A stretch of 10,449 nt of DNA from Arcobacter sp. (GCA_965662175.1 CBFIGT010000079.1:1-10449); one strand, 5' to 3'. Counted from the first letter of the stretch, positions 1 through 7,785 are shown. Notes: generated from the sequence alone by a model not told the origin. Numbers and translations: made by a program.

Positions 1-430
1 CATCAGTTACAATAATTACAGAATCAAAATTTTTAGCAGCTGATCTTACCATTGCAGGGCCACCAATATCAATATTTTCGATAATCTCTTCAAAATCATC
101 AGTTTTTTCAATTGTTGCTTTAAATGGATAAAGATTTACACAAACTAAATCAATTCCCTCTACACCTAACTCTTTTGCTTGGTCAAGGTGTGATTGTTTA
201 TCACGTCTATGTAAAATTCCACCATGAATATATGGATTTAAAGTTTTAACTCTACCCTCAAAACATTCAGGGAATTTAGTAACTTCATTTGCTTCAATTA
301 CAGCTATTCCTGCATCTTTAAGTTTGTTGTATGTACCACCAGTTGAAATTATTTCATATCCTAATGCTACTAACTCTTTTGCAAAGTTTTCAACACCACT
401 TTTGTCACTTACACTAATTAATGCTCTCAT
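1..430 (-). CDS. purH: Bifunctional AICAR transformylase/IMP cyclohydrolase PurH, 5' part (runs off the left edge; not in the ORF track)
   Basis: Manual translation from ATG at 430: [33 protein letters not shown]...[15 protein letters not shown]...[10 protein letters not shown]...[19 protein letters not shown], which are hallmark PurH IMP cyclohydrolase (MGS-like) motifs. AAGGGT RBS-like sequence about 10 nt upstream. Confidence 0.97.
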   Translation of the reverse strand, partial: MRALISVSDKSGVENFAKELVALGYEIISTGGTYNKLKDAGIAVIEANEVTKFPECFEGRVKTLNPYIHGGILHRRDKQSHLDQAKELGVEGIDLVCVNLYPFKATIEKTDDFEEIIENIDIGGPAMVRSAAKNFDSVIIVTD

Positions 431-480
431 ATTAAGATTTACCCTTTGATTTGTTTTCTTAGACTATTTTAAAGGGATAT

Positions 481-486
481 ATTATA
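481..486 (-). promoter_or_regulatory. Putative sigma70 -10 box (TATAAT) for purH
   Basis: Plus-strand ATTATA at 481-486 reads TATAAT on minus, about 50 nt upstream of the purH start and downstream of the 515-541 hairpin. The AT-rich background lowers specificity. Confidence 0.5.
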
Positions 487-514
487 TTGAAATGTTATTT
501 ATAAAAGGCTTTTA

Positions 515-541
515 CAAAAAAGAGAAAAATTCTCTTTTTTG
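515..541 (-). terminator. Intrinsic terminator-like hairpin after the nosL-family gene (possibly bidirectional)
   Basis: Perfect inverted repeat CAAAAAAGAGAA-aaa-TTCTCTTTTTTG (12 bp arms, 3 nt loop) immediately after the stop at 543; a T6 tract follows the GAGAA/TTCTC core on either strand. Confidence 0.7.
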
Positions 542-542
542 A

Positions 543-1253
543 TTATTTGTTTGTTAGATATAATCCGATAGCTTGTAGAGTTTTACCTTTAACATCACCA
601 CAGATTTTTGATGACATTAAATAAGATTTAGCTTGGGCAGTTGTTTCAAATCTTTTATCTGTTTTTGTACAGTTTTCATTATAAAACTTTTCTCCCATTT
701 TTATCATTTTTGCTTGTCTTTTTTCAATCATTGCTTTCTCTTTTTTTATACCATCAGCAACAATTTTTTCAAGTTCTGCAAAAGTTTTTAACTCTCCACC
801 ATTCTCTTTTATAAAAGCTAAAGCTGCCTCTTTTGAGGAAAATGCATATTTACTGACCATACTCATAGTTCCAGGTTTTTTACTTCCAACTACATAATAA
901 GCATCTTTTACATCAATAAACTTTAGTGTAGAGTTATCAACAACTTTCATAGAGCTTAGTTTAGAGTTTTTTATCTCTTTATCTTCAATCATACAATGAA
1001 CTGAACAATACTGTTTTGTTTTTGCACCATCATTTGCAGCATGATTAGTTTTGTAAAACATAGGTAAAGTCATACCACAAATAGGACAAAATGTTTTTTC
1101 ATCACCCTCTTGAAGCAAAGTTGCATCATTTGGATTAACAGCTTGATAATTCATTTTTTGCATCATTTTTGAATGGTCATGCCCCATATGCTCAGATGCA
1201 TATAAATTTATAGAAACTAATAATGCACATACTACTAAAAAAGCTTTTTTCAT
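543..1253 (-). CDS. nosL: Secreted NosL-family protein with N-terminal His/Met-rich segment and C-terminal two-Cys module
   Basis: Sec signal peptide (MKK...NLYA/S), HMGHDHSKMMQKM, CPICGM, YCSVHC, FIDVKDAYYVVGS..PGTM and AFSSKEAALAFIKENGG (NosL/MerB-like pattern). AAGGA RBS. Symbol denotes family only; no nosZ nearby. Confidence 0.8.
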   Translation of the reverse strand: MKKAFLVVCALLVSINLYASEHMGHDHSKMMQKMNYQAVNPNDATLLQEGDEKTFCPICGMTLPMFYKTNHAANDGAKTKQYCSVHCMIEDKEIKNSKLSSMKVVDNSTLKFIDVKDAYYVVGSKKPGTMSMVSKYAFSSKEAALAFIKENGGELKTFAELEKIVADGIKKEKAMIEKRQAKMIKMGEKFYNENCTKTDKRFETTAQAKSYLMSSKICGDVKGKTLQAIGLYLTNK

Positions 1254-1290
1254 TGTTTTCCTTTTTTTCTTTTATTTTATAAAATATTTG

Positions 1291-3528
1291 TTAATTATCT
1301 GTTAAGTTACCATTTACTGAAAATGTTATTTTAAATAGGGCTCCATAATATTTTTTACCCTTATACTCAAACTCTTTATTTGAAACCTCAAGTAATCCAC
1401 CATGACGCTCTCTAATAATCTTATCAGCCATAGAAAGACCTAATCCTGTACCTTGGGATTGATGTTTGGTTGTAAAATATGGCTCAAATATTTTATTTAT
1501 AATATCTTCACTAATTCCTAATCCACTATCTAAAATATCAATTTCAATACTCTCTTTGCTGATTAGTTTTGTGCTAACAAAAAGTAATCTATCTGATTCA
1601 TTTTTGATATTAGTTTTTAAAACATCTTTGGTATTATTAAATATATTTATAAAAGCTTCTGCTAGCTCATTTTTATTAGCAAATATTTCTAAATCATCTT
1701 TTAAATCTATTATTTCATTTATAAAGTTATTATGTAAAGAAAAATGAACTAAGCTTAATGCATTTTCTAATACAGATCTTATGCTAATCTCTTTATTGCT
1801 TTTTTCACCTTTAATAAAGTTTCTAAAATTATCTATAGTACTTGATAAATATTTAGCTTGCTTTAAAACACTCTCTTCACAAATATCAATATCCTCTTTT
1901 TTGACACCAAATAAATCAGATTTTAGTTTTAATCCACTCATATTAGTTGTTATTACGCTTAAAGGTTGTCTCCATTGGTGAGCAATATTTCCTATCATCT
2001 CTCCCATTGATGCTAACTTAGTCTGCTCTTCCATAATCTTTAAATTTGAAATATCTTTTATATTTAAAAGAATAGTTTTTTTATCAGGTAGCAATGATGC
2101 TGATATATTAACAGTAATTTTTTTAGCACTTTTTGTAAGACAAAATTTTTCAATATTGCTAGAGTGACCGTGAGTTATGGCATCATTTATTAATTTTTTT
2201 ATCTTATTAGCATCTTCTGGGACTGATAAATCACTACAATACTTGTCAATTAAATCATCCTCTTCATACTCAAGCATTTCAACAAATGCTTTGTTATATT
2301 TTAAAAATTTTGTATCTAAATCCACAATTGCAATACTGTCATGACTATAATTAAAAATTGTTTCAAACTCCTCTTTTTGTTTTAATAGTTTATCTTGAAG
2401 TTTTTGTTTTTCACTTATATCTCTAAATGAACAATAAATAAACTCATTATCTTCAATCAAAACTCTTACAATACTAACTGTAACATCTATCAAAGAGTTA
2501 TCTTTTCTTCTATATTTTGTATCAAAATATAATGGAGTAAAACTTACATTTTTTATATTTTCATCAATTTGTTCTTTGCTATGTATAGCTTCAAAATTAG
2601 AAACATGTAGTTTTAATACCTCTTCATCACTATAGGCTAAACTATTTTTAAATAATTTACTATACTCAATAACATAACCCTCTAAATTTACAATAAAAAT
2701 AGCCTCAGATGAGCTTTCCATAAATATTTTATATTTAGTTCTCTCTTTTTCAAGCTCTTCTTGATATTTTTTTATTTTAGTTAAATCTTTACCAATTCCT
2801 AAAACTCCAAAAATATTTTTTTCTTTATCTAATATTTTTACTTTTGTGGTATTTAAAAACTCTTTATGTCCATCACTTGCAAACTCAAGCTCTTCAAAAT
2901 TTGATAAGGGTCTATTGCTATGCATAGCTAAATTATCATTCTCTTTAAAAAAATCAGCTAATTTTTTATCTACAAAATCATAATCAGTTTTACCAACTAT
3001 CTCTTCTCTTTTTTCACCATACAAATCTTCAAATCTTTTATTACAAGTAATAAACCTACCATCTTTATCTTTTATCCATAAAAGGTCAGGTATATTATGA
3101 ATAATTGTCTCTAATTTACTTTTTTCAAGCTCTAACTCTTTTTTTTGTTTATTTAATTTTTCTTCGTTAAGCTTCTCATTTGTAATATCCCTTGAAGATG
3201 CATATATAAACTTTTCACCATCTATTACTAGAGTTTTTGCATTTATTCTAACATCAATTATTGTTCCATCTTTTTTGATATGTTTTGTTTCAAAAATTTC
3301 ATCAATATGTGTGGGACTTGCAATAAAAGATTCAATAATATCTAGTATCTCATCTTTTTGAAATTTAATATCAAAATCTTTTACATTTAGATTTTTCATA
3401 TCACTATTTGAAAAGCCAAGCATTTTTGCAAAAGATTTACTATATTCAACAACATAGCCATCTTTATTTACAACATGAATTCCATCTGAGACTAAATCTA
3501 ATAAAATTTTGTATTTTGTATTATTCAT
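1291..3528 (-). CDS. Cytoplasmic multi-PAS (4 PAS/PAC) sensor histidine kinase
   Basis: Four PAS-like units (e.g. IPDLLWIKDKDGRFITCNKRFE, EIVGKTDYDF, FETKHIKKDG); H-box GEMIGNIAHQWRQPL; N-box FINIFNN; G1 DSGLGI; F-box IFEPYFTTK; G2 GTGLGL. No hydrophobic TM segment. Confidence 0.93.
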   Translation of the reverse strand: MNNTKYKILLDLVSDGIHVVNKDGYVVEYSKSFAKMLGFSNSDMKNLNVKDFDIKFQKDEILDIIESFIASPTHIDEIFETKHIKKDGTIIDVRINAKTLVIDGEKFIYASSRDITNEKLNEEKLNKQKKELELEKSKLETIIHNIPDLLWIKDKDGRFITCNKRFEDLYGEKREEIVGKTDYDFVDKKLADFFKENDNLAMHSNRPLSNFEELEFASDGHKEFLNTTKVKILDKEKNIFGVLGIGKDLTKIKKYQEELEKERTKYKIFMESSSEAIFIVNLEGYVIEYSKLFKNSLAYSDEEVLKLHVSNFEAIHSKEQIDENIKNVSFTPLYFDTKYRRKDNSLIDVTVSIVRVLIEDNEFIYCSFRDISEKQKLQDKLLKQKEEFETIFNYSHDSIAIVDLDTKFLKYNKAFVEMLEYEEDDLIDKYCSDLSVPEDANKIKKLINDAITHGHSSNIEKFCLTKSAKKITVNISASLLPDKKTILLNIKDISNLKIMEEQTKLASMGEMIGNIAHQWRQPLSVITTNMSGLKLKSDLFGVKKEDIDICEESVLKQAKYLSSTIDNFRNFIKGEKSNKEISIRSVLENALSLVHFSLHNNFINEIIDLKDDLEIFANKNELAEAFINIFNNTKDVLKTNIKNESDRLLFVSTKLISKESIEIDILDSGLGISEDIINKIFEPYFTTKHQSQGTGLGLSMADKIIRERHGGLLEVSNKEFEYKGKKYYGALFKITFSVNGNLTDN
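2655..3473. repeat. Diverged internal repeat of PAS1 and PAS3 coding segments (2655-2693 vs 3435-3473)
   Basis: ATTTACTATACTCAATAACATAACCCTCTAAATTTACAA vs ATTTACTATATTCAACAACATAGCCATCTTTATTTACAA: 33/39 identical by manual count, offset 780 nt (260 codons, in frame). Confidence 0.7.
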
Positions 3529-3543
3529 AATTTTTCTTAATAT

Positions 3544-4254
3544 TTAAATATGACAACTAAGAATTGATTTATTTGGGTCAGTTAAATATTCATAACCACT
3601 ATGCATAACATAGATTCCAAATAAAATCACCAAAATAGATGCTATTGTAATAAATAGATTTCTTAAACTTGTTTGCTTAAAAATTCCTACAAAAAAACCT
3701 AGTGAAAACATAGCTGGAATTGTACTTAGACCAAAAATTAGCATTACAAAAGCTCCCCAAAAAGCACTTCCTGTACTAGCTGCTGTTATTGCAAATACAT
3801 AAACAAATCCACAAGGAAGAAGTCCATTTAACATACCAAGCAAATAAAAACTTGTAAGGGTATTAGAGCCAATTAAACTTCTAAAACTATCTTGATAAAG
3901 TTTTGATTTTGAAACAGAGTGCTCTATATTTGTAAGAAACTTTAGTTTACCACTTAATGAAATTCCAACTATTATCATCAAAAAACCAGTTGTTAAAAGC
4001 ATTATTCCGCTAGTTGTATTATCAAAAGTTACAACACCACCAACAAAACCAAAAATAGCACCTAAAAGAGTATAAGTACTTACCCTACCAATTGAGTATA
4101 AAAAGTGAGAAAGGGATTGTTTTAATTTACTAAATTTATTATCTATTTTAGTACTTGAATATGCTACAACTATACCACCACACATCCCAATACAGTGACC
4201 AAAAGAGCCTAAAAATGCAATAGTTATAATACTTATTATACTTATATTTTCCAT
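3544..4254 (-). CDS. DsbD_2-like (CcdA/UreH-related; usually annotated sulfite exporter TauE/SafE family) membrane protein
   Basis: About 6 hydrophobic segments with family motifs GSFGHCIGMCGG, GRVSTYTLLGA, GMLNGLLPCGFVY and MLIFGLSTIP. Start overlaps the upstream stop (TAATG). Confidence 0.88.
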   Translation of the reverse strand: MENISIISIITIAFLGSFGHCIGMCGGIVVAYSSTKIDNKFSKLKQSLSHFLYSIGRVSTYTLLGAIFGFVGGVVTFDNTTSGIMLLTTGFLMIIVGISLSGKLKFLTNIEHSVSKSKLYQDSFRSLIGSNTLTSFYLLGMLNGLLPCGFVYVFAITAASTGSAFWGAFVMLIFGLSTIPAMFSLGFFVGIFKQTSLRNLFITIASILVILFGIYVMHSGYEYLTDPNKSILSCHI

Positions 4255-4757
4255 TAATTACCTAACAGTTTTTTTCGTATAAGTGGATTTGTAAGATTTT
4301 CACCCCTATACATTCTAAGAAGCACCTCATCAAACTCAATCATATTATCTTTTTTACTTTCATAAGCTGCAAAACCATATCCCATCTCTGTTTGTGAATC
4401 AATAGTATACCACGCTTTTCTAGCATCTATATATTTTAAACTATCCCTTGAAAAAACCCAAACTATAGCTTCATCTTGAAATTTTATATTTTTAAACCAA
4501 AGGGCAAAACATCCCATATCATCAAAAAACCAAGTTTTTCCATCAGGTGAAACAGCTTGCACTGAGTCCTCTTCTTTAGTAAGAGTCATACCACATTGTG
4601 TATCTTGGAAATGATTTAACTCTATGTTTACTGGTTTATGTTCATGGTTACCCTCATGTATTACAATCATCTTTTTTTGGTTTGACATTGATAAAAAGAT
4701 AGCTACTATTATTAAAATTAATATAAATATGGTTAGAAGTGGTAGAAGTTTTTTCAT
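4254..4757 (-). CDS. Membrane-anchored NosL-like protein
   Basis: N-terminal hydrophobic anchor without lipobox Cys, HEGNHEH, DTQCGM, GKTWFFDDMGC, YIDARKAWY and TEMGYGFAAY (cf. NosL CGM / FDDxGC / TPMGxG). Confidence 0.72.
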   Translation of the reverse strand: MKKLLPLLTIFILILIIVAIFLSMSNQKKMIVIHEGNHEHKPVNIELNHFQDTQCGMTLTKEEDSVQAVSPDGKTWFFDDMGCFALWFKNIKFQDEAIVWVFSRDSLKYIDARKAWYTIDSQTEMGYGFAAYESKKDNMIEFDEVLLRMYRGENLTNPLIRKKLLGN

Positions 4758-4904
4758 AAAATATAGACCTGAATTTTTTTTTAATGATATATAAACTATC
4801 TTAACAATAAGGTTAAAATATTACAAATTTAAATGATGTTAAAGTTTTTATTCATTAATATATTAGAAAATTTTATATTTAAAATTAAAAATTAAGGGTA
4901 ATTT
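4758..4904. promoter_or_regulatory. Divergent promoter region for both arms, containing palindrome TTAAC-N6-GTTAA (4801-4816)
   Basis: 147-bp intergenic region between head-to-head genes. Minus-strand TATCAT -10 candidate at 4784-4789; AAGGG RBS at 4894-4898 before the TTG at 4905; recurring TTAA words. Confidence 0.6.
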
Positions 4905-5630
4905 TTGTCAAGTTTAAAAAAAATTCTATTGATTCTTCCGTTTTTGTTTTTTCTAAACTCATTTGCAAATGATTTAGAAAAAAACTCCCAATTAAGTAAG
5001 GCAATAAAAGAGAAAAAAATCTATCCAAAAGGTAAAAAGATTTTTGAAAAGCTTTGTAATCAAGAGTTATCACTAAATGAGTATAAAACATTATATGAAT
5101 TAAAAGAGTCAATTTTAAAGAAAAATTTATGTAAAAAAATGAGTGAAAAAAATCTTGATATTTTAGCAATATATCTTTGGGATGTAAAAAGAGTTGAAAG
5201 TAATAATATTACAATAGTAGAAGAGATAATAGTTGATGAAAAAGAGAGATGTCCTGTTTGTGCTATGTTTGTAGCAAAATATCCAAGATGGGCAGCTCAG
5301 GTTTTTATGGAAAATCATAAATTCTCTTTTGATGGTGTAAAAGATTTAATGAAATTTTATTTTGAACCTAAAGCTTGGGGAAACTATCCTTTTGAAACAA
5401 AAGATATAAAAAAGATTTTAGTGACTGATTATTATACCCAAGAAGCAATTGATGGCTTTAAAGCATATTATGTTATAAGAAGCGATGTTTATGGACCTAT
5501 GGGACATGAGTTAATACCCTTTGAATTATTAGAGGATGCTCAAACATTCAAAAAAGACCATAATGCAAAAGAGATTATAAGATTTGAAGAGATAACAAAA
5601 GAGGGTGTTTATAAATTAGATGAATTATAA
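4905..5630 (+). CDS. nosL: Secreted NosL-family protein with N-terminal two-Cys module
   Basis: TTG start with AAGGG RBS; Sec signal peptide (…LNSFA/ND); CPVCAMFVAKYPRW, FDGVKDLMKF, VTDYYT..AIDG..AYYV..SDVYGPMGHELIPF....A..F...H. Symbol denotes family only. Confidence 0.85.
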   Translation: MSSLKKILLILPFLFFLNSFANDLEKNSQLSKAIKEKKIYPKGKKIFEKLCNQELSLNEYKTLYELKESILKKNLCKKMSEKNLDILAIYLWDVKRVESNNITIVEEIIVDEKERCPVCAMFVAKYPRWAAQVFMENHKFSFDGVKDLMKFYFEPKAWGNYPFETKDIKKILVTDYYTQEAIDGFKAYYVIRSDVYGPMGHELIPFELLEDAQTFKKDHNAKEIIRFEEITKEGVYKLDEL

Positions 5631-5940
5631 AAGTAAAATCTATTTTGGAACAATAATTAGTTTAATGACACTACTTTTTTTATTAATTCTTTTTTTATTT
5701 GCTTTTAAGACACTTAATAAAAGTCAAATTTCTGATAAAAATATATTAGTTACTAATGTATCACTTCCTGATTTAGCTATCTCTACAGAGGCTATGTATA
5801 TAAGACATAGGTCTTTAGCTGATATATTTTCTTACTTTAAAGAGTCACCATCTCTTTTGGAGTATTTTCCCTCAACTTTTGTATATCATTATCCAAAAAA
5901 TATAAATAACTACCCATCAAAGATTTTACATGAAAAATAA
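5620..5940 (+). CDS. Small single-TM hypothetical protein
   Basis: Overlaps both neighbours by 11 nt and fills the operon gap; N-terminal TM helix followed by LPDLAISTEAMYIRHRSL. Confidence 0.8.
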   Translation: MNYKSKIYFGTIISLMTLLFLLILFLFAFKTLNKSQISDKNILVTNVSLPDLAISTEAMYIRHRSLADIFSYFKESPSLLEYFPSTFVYHYPKNINNYPSKILHEK

Positions 5941-7117
5941 GATTAATCTATATTTAGTGGAGTATGCTTTAAATGCCCTCTTTAGACAAAAAGCAAAAAA
6001 TATTTTTATCTTAATAATATTTACACTTTTGATTTTTTTACTTAGTTCTATTTTTTTTATCTCAAAATCAATTCAAGAAGAGCTTAATACTACCCTTAAC
6101 TCACTACCTGATATTACAGTTCAAAAGTTAAAAACAGGAAGACATCATAATATTGATGTAGCACTTGTAGATGAAATATTAGAGATTCCTGGGATTAAAA
6201 GTGCTGTTTCTAGAGTTTGGGGATATTACTATTTTGAAAATGCAGCTGTTAATTTTTCTGTTGTTGGAATTGATGAGTTTGAGGAGCAGTATAAAGAGAG
6301 TTTAAATAAAATTACAAAAAACCATGATTTTTCAAAAGCTTTGGAAAATGACTCTATGATTGTGGGAAATGGTGTGAAAAAGATTTTAGAAGAGAACTAT
6401 TATAAAAACTATTTTAACTTTATAAAAGGGGATGGTGTTTTCAAAAAAGTTAATATTTTAGGTACTTTTAAAGACTCCACAAACTTAGAATCAAATGATT
6501 TAATACTTTTACCAAAAGAGTTAGCCCAAGAGATATTTTTAATGGATACAAATGAAGCAACTGATATTGTAATTAGAGTTTCAAATCCTATTGAAGTGGC
6601 AACCATTGCAGCAAAAATAAAACTTATATATCCTGATTGTAGAGTAATTACTAAACAAGATTTAGCTATCTCTTATCAAAATATATTTGATTATAAAAGT
6701 GGTATTTTTTTAGTTTTCTTTGTCATCTCTATTTTTACTTTTTTTATAATTGTATTTGATAGAATTAGTGGTTTAAGCAGTGAAGAGAAAAAGGAAATTG
6801 GTATTTTAAAAGCTATTGGTTGGAGAGTTGAGGATGTATTAAAAGAGAAGTTTTATGAAGCCTTTATTATCTCTTTTACAGCTTATATCTTAGGTATTAT
6901 TTTAGCTTTAATTTTTGTATATATTTTACAAGCTCCACTTCTAAGTAATATTTTTAGTGGTTACTCAGTTTTAAAACCTAGTTTTGATTTACCCTTTGTT
7001 TTAGATATAAATAGCTTAGTTTTAATCTTTTTATTATCAGTACCTATTTATATAGCAGCTATAATAATTCCATCTTGGAGAAACTCTACTATTGAAACAG
7101 ATAAGGTTATAAGATGA
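5930..7117 (+). CDS. ABC transporter permease, FtsX/LolE/MacB (type VII) family
   Basis: One N-terminal TM, ~210-aa soluble extracytoplasmic domain, three C-terminal TMs, and the EEKKEIGILKAIGW FtsX-type motif. Confidence 0.92.
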   Translation: MKNKINLYLVEYALNALFRQKAKNIFILIIFTLLIFLLSSIFFISKSIQEELNTTLNSLPDITVQKLKTGRHHNIDVALVDEILEIPGIKSAVSRVWGYYYFENAAVNFSVVGIDEFEEQYKESLNKITKNHDFSKALENDSMIVGNGVKKILEENYYKNYFNFIKGDGVFKKVNILGTFKDSTNLESNDLILLPKELAQEIFLMDTNEATDIVIRVSNPIEVATIAAKIKLIYPDCRVITKQDLAISYQNIFDYKSGIFLVFFVISIFTFFIIVFDRISGLSSEEKKEIGILKAIGWRVEDVLKEKFYEAFIISFTAYILGIILALIFVYILQAPLLSNIFSGYSVLKPSFDLPFVLDINSLVLIFLLSVPIYIAAIIIPSWRNSTIETDKVIR

Positions 7118-7785
7118 TTGAGTTAAAAAATCTAACAAAAATATATGAAATAAATAAAAATAATAAAACAGTAGCTATAAACAGTATAAATTTAAATATC
7201 AATAGAGGTGAATTAGTTGTTTTAAAAGGTGCAAGTGGAAGCGGTAAAAGTACGATTTTATCCTTAATTGCAGGTTTAAGTAAGCCAAGTTCTGGTGAGG
7301 TAATTGTTGATAATAGACAAATATCAAAATTTCCTGATAACTTTGCATCTGATTTTAGGCAAGAGTATATAGGATTTATTTTTCAAAAATATAATCTTAT
7401 TCCTAATTTATCTGTTCAAGATAATATTTTACTTCCTTTAGTTCCTAAAAATCTTGATACAAAAGAGGCAAAAAAACTTTTAGAAAAAGTGATGAGTGAT
7501 TTTAAAATTGAGCATAAAAAAAGTGAAATAGTAAAAAATCTCTCAGGTGGTGAGCAACAAAGAGTTGCAATAGCTAGAAGTCAAATAAATAATCCAAAAA
7601 TAGTAATTGCAGATGAGCCAACGGCAAATTTAGATAAAGAGTTATCAGAGCATTTTATCTCAATTTTAAAAGAGTTAAAAAGTCAAGGAAAAACTATAAT
7701 AGTAGCTAGTCATGACCCTTTATTTTTTGATTTGGATTTTGTTGATAAGATGATTGAAGTTTCAAATGGAAAGATAATTTTATGA
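7114..7785 (+). CDS. ABC transporter ATP-binding protein, LolD/MacB-like
   Basis: Walker A GASGSGKS, Q-loop GFIFQKYNL, signature LSGGEQQRV, Walker B/D-loop IADEPTANLD, H-loop ASHD. ATGA overlap with the permease gene. Confidence 0.95.
   Translation: MIELKNLTKIYEINKNNKTVAINSINLNINRGELVVLKGASGSGKSTILSLIAGLSKPSSGEVIVDNRQISKFPDNFASDFRQEYIGFIFQKYNLIPNLSVQDNILLPLVPKNLDTKEAKKLLEKVMSDFKIEHKKSEIVKNLSGGEQQRVAIARSQINNPKIVIADEPTANLDKELSEHFISILKELKSQGKTIIVASHDPLFFDLDFVDKMIEVSNGKIIL

Noticed and set aside
1273..1286. Perfect 14-bp palindrome TATTTTATAAAATA upstream of the nosL-family gene
   Set aside because: A/T-only palindrome in very AT-rich DNA; could overlap an internal -10 but cannot be distinguished from chance.
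1466..1747. 93-aa plus-strand ORF
   Set aside because: Antisense shadow inside the histidine kinase gene; no recognisable motif.
1781..1981. 66-aa plus-strand ORF
   Set aside because: Antisense shadow of the kinase gene; composition typical of a reverse frame of AT-rich coding DNA.
4774..4782. T9 homopolymer in the divergent promoter as a phase-variation tract
   Set aside because: A/T runs of 7-9 nt are common in this window; phase variation in this phylum typically uses poly-G/C tracts, and none is present.
4869..4886. Inverted repeat AATTTTA-N4-TAAAATT before the right-arm start
   Set aside because: A/T-only and short; expected by chance.
4885..5169. 94-aa minus-strand ORF
   Set aside because: Antisense to the well-supported NosL-family gene; Phe/Leu richness reflects the complement of Lys/Glu-rich codons.
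5031..5180. Calling the shared two-Cys module a c-type cytochrome
   Set aside because: No CxxCH heme attachment motif in either copy; only the flanking helix pattern is reminiscent.
6409..6606. 65-aa minus-strand ORF
   Set aside because: Lies wholly antisense within the ABC permease gene.
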